Assembly (NCBI GenBank): GCA_016839585.1 | Contig: JAEOTZ010000072.1 | Location: 64,001 to 128,000 of the forward strand | Direction of reading: 5' to 3' | From: Promethearchaeota archaeon | GTDB lineage: Archaea; Asgardarchaeota; Lokiarchaeia; Sigyniarchaeales; SOKP01 | Length of the DNA: 64,000 nt | Part shown: piece after piece, positions 40,531 through 50,381 of the stretch | Layout: each line of letters begins with the position of its first letter | Position numbering within the stretch: position 1 is the first letter of the stretch | Notes under the pieces: generated by a model | Told to the model about the DNA's origin: nothing | What the model saw: the letters and a program-made list of their open reading frames with translations, nothing else | Databases searched by the model: none | Position numbers and translations under genes: made by a program

Positions 40531-41022
40531 ATGATCAGATTCTTATTTTTCAAGTTGCTTTTCTTGATTAAGATGGATCAAAAAACTCAAAATGAAGCTT
40601 TTAATAAATACATAAAACAGTTATTTGAGGGTTCCAGTTGGAAAGAACGGGCAATAGCCGCTCAAAATATTGGTAATTTAAGAGAAGGTAGAGCAACAAA
40701 TTTGCTTGCGAGAGCTTTGCAATCTGAAAATGATCCTGTTGTTATCAACCGAATTATTGAAGCAATGGGAGAGATTAGGGACGCGAAAGCAACTATACTA
40801 ATTATTAATTTCTTAAAGAAAGAATTAGAAAAACCTGAAGAAAGTCAAGATAAAACTAGATTATTTATAATTATTGAAAGTTTAATGAAAATTGGAGATA
40901 AAAGAGCACTTGAGCATTTAGGTATTTTATTAGAATCTTGCCACAGTGATATTAAACAATTGACAGAGGAAGCATTTGAGTGTATTGATCCAAATTGGAG
41001 AGAAAATATTGAAAAGAATTAG
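40531..41022 (+). CDS. HEAT-repeat protein (start probably ATG 40573)
   Basis: WKERAIAAQNIG, IIEAMGEI, IESLMKIGD repeats. Confidence 0.8.
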   Translation: MIRFLFFKLLFLIKMDQKTQNEAFNKYIKQLFEGSSWKERAIAAQNIGNLREGRATNLLARALQSENDPVVINRIIEAMGEIRDAKATILIINFLKKELEKPEESQDKTRLFIIIESLMKIGDKRALEHLGILLESCHSDIKQLTEEAFECIDPNWRENIEKN

Positions 41023-41078
41023 CTTTTAAAAAGAAACTAAATCTAAAAATTTTTTAAAAAATATGGGGTAATAATATT

Positions 41079-41381
41079 ATGTCTGAAATTATAGATAAGG
41101 TGGCCAATACCGTTGAAGGTTCCAATAAGAATAGAGATATTACAATTTTAACATTATCTACTTGTATGTGGTGTAAAAAATGCAAAGCATGGTTGAAAGA
41201 CCGAGATGTTCACTATAAGTATGTAGATGTTGATAAAATTGATTTTGAAGATAAATCGAAAATATTAGAATATTTGAGAGAGACTTATCAATCAAGAATC
41301 TCCTATCCATTTATGATCTGTGATGATGAATTTGTGGTAGGTTATAATCCAAATAAATATGAAGAATTGATGAAAGCATGA
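41079..41381 (+). CDS. Glutaredoxin/NrdH-like protein
   Basis: LSTCMWCKKC, SYP, VVGY. Confidence 0.88.
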   Translation: MSEIIDKVANTVEGSNKNRDITILTLSTCMWCKKCKAWLKDRDVHYKYVDVDKIDFEDKSKILEYLRETYQSRISYPFMICDDEFVVGYNPNKYEELMKA

Positions 41382-41391
41382 AGGGATAAAT

Positions 41392-41754
41392 ATGGAAATG
41401 GAAACTAAAGAAGGAATGATGGAATATTGTAATAAAGTTTGTAAAACTAATAATTGGATCTTAAATAAGGATAAAAATACTCTAAATGATTTAATTGATG
41501 GTTTGGTAGAAAATAAAAAAAGTTATGATTATCAATCCTGTCCTTGTAGACTAGCCTCTGGTAATAGAAATTTAGATAGAGATTTAATTTGTCCATGTGA
41601 TTATGCAAAATTAGATATTAAAGAATATGGGGCATGTTATTGTAATTTATATTTACGTCCAGATTTCTATGAAACTATAGAAAAGGAGTTTGTTATTGTT
41701 CCTGAAAGAAGACCGGTTGAAAAGGAAAAAGCTGTATTAGAATATTTTAAGTAA
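41392..41754 (+). CDS. Ferredoxin-thioredoxin reductase catalytic subunit
   Basis: CPCR, CPC and CYC motifs; VPERRP. Confidence 0.92.
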   Translation: MEMETKEGMMEYCNKVCKTNNWILNKDKNTLNDLIDGLVENKKSYDYQSCPCRLASGNRNLDRDLICPCDYAKLDIKEYGACYCNLYLRPDFYETIEKEFVIVPERRPVEKEKAVLEYFK

Positions 41755-41900
41755 AATCTTTGTTTAAATAATGTTTTTTTATTAAGTCATCCAAGTATTA
41801 ATTAGCCTTTTAGAACCTTTATTGAATACATAGATTCCTAAATTCAAATCAATTTTTTATAAATAAAATCCTTAAATAGTTAGTATTATCATTTTATAAT

Positions 41901-42056
41901 ATGCCAGATAAAGAAATATCAGATGATGAATTAGAAGAAGAATTAGAAAAAGCTTTTAGGGCTAATGAAGCTAAAAAGGATCACTGTGGAACCGCTATAC
42001 CTTCTAGTAAGGAAGTTGGAATTCAAAGGACTAACGTAAAACTAAAAAAAGAATAG
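41901..42056 (+). CDS. Small 51-aa acidic/basic protein (absent from the ORF track)
   Basis: MPDKEISDDELEEELEKAFRANEAKKDHCGTAIPSSKEVGIQRTNVKLKKE; TATA-like TTAAATA about 25 nt upstream; T-tract downstream. Confidence 0.65.
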   Translation: MPDKEISDDELEEELEKAFRANEAKKDHCGTAIPSSKEVGIQRTNVKLKKE

Positions 42057-42145
42057 GTTTATTATAGTTTTTATTTTTTTTTCTTTTTAATTTCCATTAA
42101 GAACTCTTAGAATTCTTTTATTAAAAAATTAATTAAAAGCATAAG

Positions 42146-43198
42146 TTAATCTAAAAGAGTTAATGTTGTCTTTGCGCCAATCTCATCAAATTCAGAAGGT
42201 TCCATTTTTAATTCTTTACTCGTAATTTTATTTGCGATAGAAGCCGCAAAAATTGCCCACGGGCAAATTGCGTTTGTTAATTCCTCTTTAGTCATTACAC
42301 TTCTCACTTGAGCAGTAGAACAATTCACAGATTCGATTGTAAATGTCTTTTCCGATTCCCATTTAATTTTAATCTTTTCAGCCATACCAATCTTTTCTGC
42401 CATTCTCATAAATTCTTCCAGCGCATCAGATAAATTCATTTTTTCAAGTTTCTTCATATCAAATCCAGACATGGTCATCATTCTTTCAATAAATTCATAT
42501 GTTCTTGGAACCACATATTTAAAAAGAGTTGGTGTACCAAGTAATTCCTTAGCAGATTTTTCATAACCAAACGTAATTCCATGAAGTATAAAGGCAATCT
42601 GATTAAACGCAAATCGCCTTCTCTCTTTGGTAGTTGATCCTTTTTTGATTAAAACTATAAAGAAAAGAGCAATTCCTCCTATAAATGGAATAATAGCAGC
42701 CCATAAGAAATTTCCTGGAATAAAATTTATTGTAATTCCCTCTGAATCCCAATTAGGCTTAACAACGTAATAAAAATTAAAAAGGCTTGTCCAATGTGAT
42801 AAACTCCATCCTATAAAGCCAATTGGACCCAAATACTGACCAAATTTATAAATTTCATCTTTTTTAAATCTTGCGAATATAAATTTTATTGATACAAGAA
42901 TAAACGCGACAAATCCTCCAATCCAAGAATGAGTCCAAACCCCTGACGGACGGTATAATAAAGGATCCGAATCAATAATATGGAGGGAAAACATATAAAG
43001 ACATTGTATAGTTATAGCGTAAAATATAGACACTTCTACCCATCCAAATCTTTTATGATATTTTACGATTGTAAAATCTCCCTTCATTAGGTTTAAATCT
43101 CTTATATTATATAATCCAATAAAATCATTGGCTAATACAAAGCAATATCCTATAATAGTTTGTAATATCATAAATTCAATCCATAATTCCATACCCAT
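42146..43198 (-). CDS. Membrane protein (5 TM, His-containing) with C-terminal V4R-like domain
   Basis: TM segments with YHKRFG and THSWIGG; C-terminal FTIESVNCST...ICPWAIFAAS...GAKTTL. Confidence 0.65.
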   Translation of the reverse strand: MGMELWIEFMILQTIIGYCFVLANDFIGLYNIRDLNLMKGDFTIVKYHKRFGWVEVSIFYAITIQCLYMFSLHIIDSDPLLYRPSGVWTHSWIGGFVAFILVSIKFIFARFKKDEIYKFGQYLGPIGFIGWSLSHWTSLFNFYYVVKPNWDSEGITINFIPGNFLWAAIIPFIGGIALFFIVLIKKGSTTKERRRFAFNQIAFILHGITFGYEKSAKELLGTPTLFKYVVPRTYEFIERMMTMSGFDMKKLEKMNLSDALEEFMRMAEKIGMAEKIKIKWESEKTFTIESVNCSTAQVRSVMTKEELTNAICPWAIFAASIANKITSKELKMEPSEFDEIGAKTTLTLLD

Positions 43199-43327
43199 TT
43201 AAATATACACCTAATTCAATATCTTATTTGAAAATAGAGATAAGAGACGATTATAAAATTAAATAATTATAATCATATATATTAATTTTCTAGTTATAAT
43301 TTATATGGATTTGACTAAAAAATAATT

Positions 43328-44434
43328 TCATTTAAGTTTTTCATATATATTTGCACAAATAGCTTGAATAAATTCGAAATTATTAAAATCCCGAGTATTC
43401 CCAATTAAGGTCAGAGCAAAATTATTAAAATTCATACATATAGTAGCTAATCTTTCTCCTCCAATACTTGCATTAAACAATGTTCTATTATATATTTCTT
43501 CACTAACTTTCTTAGAAGATGTTAAAAAGCTTATAGTTTCTGGAATATAATCAGAACAGTCATATGTTGCATCAAAAATATTTGAAAAAAAGACTTTACC
43601 CATTAAATCGACTAAATATATTTGTTTAATATAGGGATCCCATTCTAAACTTTCAAATTTTTCTGTTAATTTCTTAGGTTTTTTAAGGTATTTATCTTTA
43701 TCTTTAAAAAATTCTAGTGCTAAAAATTCTTCTTCAAAGCTTTCTAATAATTGATATTGTCTGACAACCAGAATCATGTTTCGAGGCTCAACTAAAAGAT
43801 TTTCATTACGAGCTGTATTAAGAAGAATCCAATTTAATTTTTCATTAAGATTATTTTGATATAACAATTGAGCAGATTTCAGGATCAGGGGAATAAGAAA
43901 ACTAATTTTATCTTTATTTACATATTGTTTAGCATGGATATAAAATATGTTACCCCCTTTCGGTTCAAGAAGTATTATAGCTTTCAAAGACGTTCCTTCG
44001 TCAATATTTTTTATAGAATCATTCAATATGTCTAAACCATGTGATTTTATAATTTCTTTCACATTTTTACCAAATATTTGATACTGTGATACTAAACCAT
44101 CAAATTTTTTATTAAGACTATCGACAAAAAGGTGAGTGAATTTTTCCATAATATCATGAATGACTGCGTGTAATAATTCTATTAATTCCTCATTTTTTGT
44201 AGTAATTACAAAAGTTAATTTTTGAAATAGCTTGTTGTATTTCTCAAATATAATCTGAGTTTCTTTTAATTTTAAAGATTTAATATCTTCACCTCTTTCT
44301 ACCGTAGCAAAACTATTTATCGCAGTCAAAAATCCACTAAGTAGATCATCTTTACCATTACCTTTATAACTCTCTGGATGCCAATTATATAAAAGCGCTC
44401 CAGATTCATTCATAATTAATAAATCATCAATCAT
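43328..44434 (-). CDS. Protein with three tandem longin/roadblock-like domains
   Basis: Three units starting IDDLLIMNESGALLY, LKAIILLEPKGGNIFY, IKQIYLVDLMGKVFF; longin signature DLLSGFLTAINSFA. Confidence 0.7.
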   Translation of the reverse strand: MIDDLLIMNESGALLYNWHPESYKGNGKDDLLSGFLTAINSFATVERGEDIKSLKLKETQIIFEKYNKLFQKLTFVITTKNEELIELLHAVIHDIMEKFTHLFVDSLNKKFDGLVSQYQIFGKNVKEIIKSHGLDILNDSIKNIDEGTSLKAIILLEPKGGNIFYIHAKQYVNKDKISFLIPLILKSAQLLYQNNLNEKLNWILLNTARNENLLVEPRNMILVVRQYQLLESFEEEFLALEFFKDKDKYLKKPKKLTEKFESLEWDPYIKQIYLVDLMGKVFFSNIFDATYDCSDYIPETISFLTSSKKVSEEIYNRTLFNASIGGERLATICMNFNNFALTLIGNTRDFNNFEFIQAICANIYEKLK

Positions 44435-44605
44435 CTTTACTATCGACTTTAAGATTTTATAATTTGATAAAGTTTTTTAATTAAAAAATTAACTCTTGTT
44501 TTTATAAATTATACTTCTAGAATCCAATTAATTATTAATTTCTCTATAAAACTTTTAAAATGAAAAACAAACTTTTAATAAAGTCCACCTATTTCATTTT
44601 CTTAG

Positions 44606-45598
44606 GTGTTTGTAGTGGAAGAGAGAATAAAAGGGAGAAAAAATTTTCCAACTGATGAAGTAGACCCCAAAAATTTTCTTAGTGATGCAGAGGTAAAGGA
44701 TCTAATGAAAAAAAGAGGAGATTTTAAATTTTCTCACGAAGACTATTTAAAACTATATAATTGCGTTCACTGCGGAGAATGTGAAACTGAAGATTTTCGA
44801 TTTCTCTTAAAACAAAAATATATTGAAGATGGAAATACATTTGAAGGTAAAGAAGAGATGATTGAATATTTTGAGAAGTTTCGATCACCATATCCTACTA
44901 ATAAAATGCGTATAAAAAAACCTAAAGATATTCCAGATACCTCAGAAACACTATTTTTCATGGGATGTTTATCGACAATACGTATCCCGAGATACACGGA
45001 ACATGCACTTCAATTTCTTCTCAAGAATAAGGTAGATTTTACAATTTTAAATAAGGAAATTTGTTGTGGTTGGCATTTATTAGCAAGTGGATTGAAATCT
45101 GAGTTTGAAGTTTGTAAAAAAGAAAACATCAAAATTTTTCAAGACTATAAGAAAATAATTTGTCTATGTCCTGCTTGTTACCATCTTTTTAATGTTACTT
45201 ATAGACCAGAATTAGATGACAATATCGAAATAGATTATATAGCAAATTATTTGAAACCGGCTGAACAAAAAAAAACGGGGAGAGTGGGAATTCAACATCT
45301 CTGTCAACTTATAAATAGGGGTAGAGAAGGAGTAGATAGTTTTGTCAACAATATTCTTAAGAAGAGCGGATATAAGGTAACTGATGTTCCACATTGGTGT
45401 TGTGGTGGTGGAACTGGTTGGATGGGACGCACAGACATAATTGAAGCTATAGCTCGTAAAAGAATGAACGATTTTGATCGAGATGATATCGATTTTGCTA
45501 CTACATACTGCCCAAGTTGTTGGTGGATTTTAGCCAGATTTAGCAAAATTTGTAAGATTAAGCCAAAAGCTAAGGATTTATTCGAATTATTATTATAG
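44606..45598 (+). CDS. CCG-domain Fe-S oxidoreductase (HdrD/GlpC-like), paralog 1
   Basis: CVHCGEC, FMGC, EICCG, CPAC, WCCGGG, CPSC. Confidence 0.85.
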   Translation: MFVVEERIKGRKNFPTDEVDPKNFLSDAEVKDLMKKRGDFKFSHEDYLKLYNCVHCGECETEDFRFLLKQKYIEDGNTFEGKEEMIEYFEKFRSPYPTNKMRIKKPKDIPDTSETLFFMGCLSTIRIPRYTEHALQFLLKNKVDFTILNKEICCGWHLLASGLKSEFEVCKKENIKIFQDYKKIICLCPACYHLFNVTYRPELDDNIEIDYIANYLKPAEQKKTGRVGIQHLCQLINRGREGVDSFVNNILKKSGYKVTDVPHWCCGGGTGWMGRTDIIEAIARKRMNDFDRDDIDFATTYCPSCWWILARFSKICKIKPKAKDLFELLL

Positions 45599-45607
45599 GA
45601 GGGGCAC

Positions 45608-46591
45608 ATGAAGGAAGAATATACATGCCCCTGTCGGGAAGTTGACCCGATTAATTTTCTTGAAAATGAGGAAGTTGACTGGTTAATTAAAAACCGGAAA
45701 AAATTTAAATTCCAACAAGAAGATTATTTAAAACTTTATAATTGTATTCATTGTAATGATTGTGGCACCTCTGAGCAACGATTTATTTTAAAACAGAAAT
45801 TTTTAAAAGATGGAAATAAAATTGAAGGTTTAAACCATACTATAGAAAAATTAAAGAAATATGGAACTCCTTTTCAATACAACAAAAGTCGAATTAAACA
45901 CATTGAAGGAGTATCTGAGGAAAGTAATACTTTATTATATTTAGGTTGCTTTACAATAGTTAAAACCCCTCGTTATGGAGAAAGCATTATAAAATATCTT
46001 TTGCAGAATAATGTTAAATTTTGTATTTTAGAAGAAGAAATTTGTTGTGGTTATCCTATATTATGTACTGGAGAACTAGATACATATAATCATTTAGTGG
46101 AAAGAAATTTAGAGCTATTTAAGTCAAAAGGTTTTGAAGAAATAATCACCGTTTGTCCTAGTTGTTATATGGTATTTAAAAAACATTATAGTAATAGTAA
46201 TATTAAAGTGAAGTATTTTACTGAGTATTTTAAACTTCCAAAGAGTAAAAAATCTGGAAACCTAATAATACAACATGCCTGTCCTTTAAAAAATGGGGAA
46301 ATCCCTAATATTGCAGACGATATTGAAGATCTTTACAAAACTATTGGGTATAATGTATTAAATTCTGTACCAAGAAATTGTTGTGGAGGTGGTGTTGGTC
46401 ATCAATTACGAACTGAAATATCTGAGGCAATTGCTCTAAAAAGAATGGAAGATTTTAAATTAAAATTACCTAATGAGAATAATAATTATATTACTACTTA
46501 CTGTCCTGATGCGTATTGGATATTAAAGGTATTTGGGAGAAGGGCTAAGATAGATTTTAAACTAATAAATATGTGTGATTTACTTAAATAG
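45608..46591 (+). CDS. CCG-domain Fe-S oxidoreductase (HdrD/GlpC-like), paralog 2
   Basis: CIHCNDC, YLGC, EICCG, CPSC, HAC, NCCGGG. Confidence 0.85.
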   Translation: MKEEYTCPCREVDPINFLENEEVDWLIKNRKKFKFQQEDYLKLYNCIHCNDCGTSEQRFILKQKFLKDGNKIEGLNHTIEKLKKYGTPFQYNKSRIKHIEGVSEESNTLLYLGCFTIVKTPRYGESIIKYLLQNNVKFCILEEEICCGYPILCTGELDTYNHLVERNLELFKSKGFEEIITVCPSCYMVFKKHYSNSNIKVKYFTEYFKLPKSKKSGNLIIQHACPLKNGEIPNIADDIEDLYKTIGYNVLNSVPRNCCGGGVGHQLRTEISEAIALKRMEDFKLKLPNENNNYITTYCPDAYWILKVFGRRAKIDFKLINMCDLLK

Positions 46592-46640
46592 TTAAAGGGA
46601 AATTTAAATTTATTACAATAACTTTTTAATTTGATTAATC

Positions 46641-47801
46641 TTGGAACCGAATTTGATTGAAATCAAAGAAGATGTGACAATAAACCACAAAAAATTCACT
46701 TTAAAAGAGTTTGGAGGAGCGTTTGGAGATTGGGGTACGTTAATTCCATTTATTATAGGGTATATATCAATTGTAGGTTTGAATCCTGCTGGGATCTTTT
46801 TTACTTTAGGGATTACTAACATAATTCTGGGAATTCGATTCAATTTACCACTTCCAGTTCAGCCTCAAAAAACTATTGGAACAGTTGCCATTAGCGAAAA
46901 ATGGGATTCAAATATGGTGATCTCGACTGGATTCGGAACTGGAGTTATATGGTTCCTGCTTGGGTTTTCAAAGAAATTGAATAAAATAGTTGAAAAGGTT
47001 CCTATTGTTACAGTGCGAGGCATTCAACTTGGTTTAGCATTTATTTTAGGGTGGACAGGTATTCTTTTATTCAAAGACAATCTAATGCTTGGTTTTTTTT
47101 CAATTGTTATAATCTTGATATTAATAAATAATAAACCCATCCCTTCAGCAATAGTTCTTGCACTATTAGGTATAGCATTAATATTTTTCACTGGCTCTGT
47201 TCAATTTTCAGAAATTAAATTTGGTTTACCGATATTTGATTTCCAAATTCCAACTTTAAAAAATCTTCTATTTGGTATGCTTTTTGCTGGAATTGCTCAA
47301 TTATTTTTAACACTAACAAATGTTATGATCGCTACAGTAGTACTTATCAAGGACTTATTTCCTGAAAGAGAGCATGAGGTTGATGCAAATATTTTATCAT
47401 TTAATATGGGAGCTATGAATTTAATTAATCCTTTTTTTGGAGGTATGCCTTTATGTCACGGATCTGGGGGATTAGCGGCTCAATATGCTTTTGGAGCTCG
47501 AACTGGGGGATCCATGATATTAGAGGGGATAATGGAATTAGTACTTGGCTTATTCTTGTCAGAGACTCTATTTATACTTTTTAATGAATTTCCTACTGCT
47601 ATTTTGGGAGCAATGTTACTCTATACTGCTTTTTTATTGGGAAAACTCTCTTTTAAAGAATTTAAATTAGAGGTATTTCCTATAATTTTAATCGCAGCAA
47701 TATTAAGCTTTATTTTTAACATAGCAATTGGCTTCATAGTAGCTCTAATATTATTTTTCATTTTTAGAAAAAAAATTGAGAAAACTAAGCGTAATCATTA
47801 A
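46641..47801 (+). CDS. Putative molybdate/sulfate transporter (MOT1 family)
   Basis: EFGGAFGDWGT, PLPVQPQK, MPLCHGSGGLAAQYAFGARTG. Confidence 0.9.
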   Translation: MEPNLIEIKEDVTINHKKFTLKEFGGAFGDWGTLIPFIIGYISIVGLNPAGIFFTLGITNIILGIRFNLPLPVQPQKTIGTVAISEKWDSNMVISTGFGTGVIWFLLGFSKKLNKIVEKVPIVTVRGIQLGLAFILGWTGILLFKDNLMLGFFSIVIILILINNKPIPSAIVLALLGIALIFFTGSVQFSEIKFGLPIFDFQIPTLKNLLFGMLFAGIAQLFLTLTNVMIATVVLIKDLFPEREHEVDANILSFNMGAMNLINPFFGGMPLCHGSGGLAAQYAFGARTGGSMILEGIMELVLGLFLSETLFILFNEFPTAILGAMLLYTAFLLGKLSFKEFKLEVFPIILIAAILSFIFNIAIGFIVALILFFIFRKKIEKTKRNH

Positions 47802-47946
47802 AATTTATCTTTTAAATTATTAATGGGAATTTATTAGGTTTTATTCAAGAAATATTCAAAATTAGGTTTTTTTATAATTTAAACGAATAATTCTTTTAAG
47901 TATGAAAGCAAATAATCATAATAGATTGAACTATATTGGGTGATTT

Positions 47947-48639
47947 ATGTTATTTTCACAAAATGAAATGGATAATATCAAAAGAGAAATGTCTAAATTA
48001 AAAGAAAAAATTGTACTTAAATTATTTACTGATTTTAAAACTCAAGAAGATGGCACAAAACTAAGAAAGTGTATGGCTTGTGAGGGAACACATGAGTTAT
48101 TAAAAACTTTGGAAAAGCTTTCTAACGGGAAATTGACAATAGAGGAATTATCTACTGAAGAGAATGAAGAAGAAGCAGAAAAATATAATGTTACTAGAAT
48201 TCCTGCTATATTATTTGTTGATGAAAATGGCAGAGAAATAATTCGATATTCAGCTCACCCTACTGGAGCTGAATTTGTACCTTTTCTCAACAGCATTCAA
48301 TACTTTTCAGGAGTAAGACCTTATTATGCAGATCAAATCCTTACTCATCTGAAAAAAATATCAAAGTCAAATATGAAAATTTTTATAACTCCTACATGCC
48401 CTTATTGTCCGGTAACTGTTCCAGTTTTAACCTTGTTCGCAATAGTTTCTAAAGGTAAGATTTCAGCGGAAGTAATTGATGTTAATTTGAATCCTGACAT
48501 TGCTATGAGATATCAAGTCCAAGGCGTTCCCATGACGGTCATAAATGAAACAGAAGTTATTAACGGAATGTTTTCCCCTCAAGATTTACTAGATAAACTT
48601 ACTAAAGGAGAAAGAGATTTTGGAGGGATGTATGCATAA
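47947..48639 (+). CDS. Protein disulfide oxidoreductase (PDO/AhpF N-terminal-like), paralog 1
   Basis: Two thioredoxin folds with CMAC and CPYC. Confidence 0.9.
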   Translation: MLFSQNEMDNIKREMSKLKEKIVLKLFTDFKTQEDGTKLRKCMACEGTHELLKTLEKLSNGKLTIEELSTEENEEEAEKYNVTRIPAILFVDENGREIIRYSAHPTGAEFVPFLNSIQYFSGVRPYYADQILTHLKKISKSNMKIFITPTCPYCPVTVPVLTLFAIVSKGKISAEVIDVNLNPDIAMRYQVQGVPMTVINETEVINGMFSPQDLLDKLTKGERDFGGMYA

Positions 48640-49322
48640 TGTCTCAAGATGATAAGTATAGAGAAATTATCAAAAGAGAAATGGCTAAATTAAAGAAGCC
48701 TGTTAATTTAAAAGTTTTTACATCCCAAAAAGTTCAACCTGGTGGAACAAAAATCAGAGCATGTATGGATTGTGGAGAATTTATGGCTTTATTGAGAGTT
48801 TACGAAGAAAATTCAAACGGAATGTTAACGATTGAAGAACTATCAATAGATGATAATCCAGAATTTGTAAAGAAATTCGATATTACACGCGTTCCAACAA
48901 TAATTTTCATTGATAATAATGGAAGAGAATTAATCAGATATTTAGCAGCACCAAAAAGAGGAGAGATTCAACCTTTCATTCAAGCTATATTTACCTTTGC
49001 AGGAGCTCCAAATTATTATGAAGCTACTATAAAACAAAATCTAGATAGAATACCACCATCAACTATTAAAGTAATGATGACAGAGACTTGTCCTTATTGT
49101 CCTCAGGTAATAGCAATCAGTAATTCCTTCGCAATTGCATCTGAGGGGAAGATCAGAACAATAATCATTGATATAATGGCAAATCCCGACATTGGGCAGT
49201 ATTATGATGCTGCTGGTGTTCCTTATACCATTATAAATGATCAAAAAACCTTGGTTGGAATGGTTGGACCTAATGAAATATTACGAGCATTAATTGGAGG
49301 TAATATACATGTTCAATATTGA
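48639..49322 (+). CDS. Protein disulfide oxidoreductase, paralog 2
   Basis: CMDC and CPYC; TAATG overlap with the upstream gene. Confidence 0.9.
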   Translation: MSQDDKYREIIKREMAKLKKPVNLKVFTSQKVQPGGTKIRACMDCGEFMALLRVYEENSNGMLTIEELSIDDNPEFVKKFDITRVPTIIFIDNNGRELIRYLAAPKRGEIQPFIQAIFTFAGAPNYYEATIKQNLDRIPPSTIKVMMTETCPYCPQVIAISNSFAIASEGKIRTIIIDIMANPDIGQYYDAAGVPYTIINDQKTLVGMVGPNEILRALIGGNIHVQY

Positions 49323-50253
49323 TATGGAAAGCATTGATTTAGAAAAAACCTATGATTTAATTGTTTTAGGAGGAGGTCCAGCTGCAATTGGATGCGCTAT
49401 TTATGCTGCTAGATTCGCAATGGACGTACTCGTCGTAGGTAAAACTTTTGGAGGTTTAATTGCTACAACTCATATTGTTGAGAATTATCCTGCGATTACT
49501 TCAACAAGTGGTCAAGGTTTAATGGATATGTTTAAGGATCATATGGATTCACTTAATATCCCATATATATCAGATGAGATACGGAGTATTGAAAAAATTG
49601 ATGATCATTTTGAACTGAATTCTTTCTTTCAAAAATTTAAAGCTCATACAGTTTGTATAGCCACTGGATCAGAAAGAAGGAAGCTTGGTATTCCAGGAGA
49701 AGAAGAATTTGCAGGTCGAGGTGTTTCATACTGTGCTACATGTGATGGTCCTTTTTATAATAATAAAATTGTATGTGTGATCGGTGGCAGTGATTCTGCT
49801 GCTAAAGAAGCATTATTTTTAGCACAAAATGCAAAAAAAGTGTACATTATCTACCGCGGTGAAGAAATACGTGCTGAACCAATTAATAAAGAACGAGTCT
49901 ACTCAAATGATAAAATTGAAGTTATTTATAATACAAATGTAGTAGAAATTAAGGGGGATAATTCTGTAAATTCAGTTATTTTCGATAATGGTAATAAATT
50001 TGAGATTGAAGGTGTTTTTATTGAGATAGGTTCTACTCCAAATTCAGATTTAGCGAAACGGATTGGAGTAAAAACTAATGAAAAAGGTGAAATTATCATT
50101 AATAGAAAATCTGAAACAAATATTCCAGGTATTTATGCAGCTGGTGATGTTGCTGATGCTCCATTTAAACAAGCAATTACTGGAGTAGCTGAGGGGGTAA
50201 TTGCTGCATACTCTGCTTTTGATTATTTTAAGGGAATGAACATCGAATACTAA
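49309..50253 (+). CDS. trxB: Thioredoxin reductase (likely start ATG 49309)
   Basis: GGGPAA, GVSYCATCDG, GGSDSA, YAAGD; GGAGGT SD at about 49296-49301. Confidence 0.93.
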   Translation: MFNIDMESIDLEKTYDLIVLGGGPAAIGCAIYAARFAMDVLVVGKTFGGLIATTHIVENYPAITSTSGQGLMDMFKDHMDSLNIPYISDEIRSIEKIDDHFELNSFFQKFKAHTVCIATGSERRKLGIPGEEEFAGRGVSYCATCDGPFYNNKIVCVIGGSDSAAKEALFLAQNAKKVYIIYRGEEIRAEPINKERVYSNDKIEVIYNTNVVEIKGDNSVNSVIFDNGNKFEIEGVFIEIGSTPNSDLAKRIGVKTNEKGEIIINRKSETNIPGIYAAGDVADAPFKQAITGVAEGVIAAYSAFDYFKGMNIEY

Positions 50254-50381
50254 AACAATTTTATTAATTTTCTTAAAATTATATTATCTTTTTTTAGCCC
50301 TAACTTTTAAATAATTCTTTTAATATGGATAATTAGATGATGTAATTTGAATTTTACAGAAATCAGTAAAATTAATTCAAA

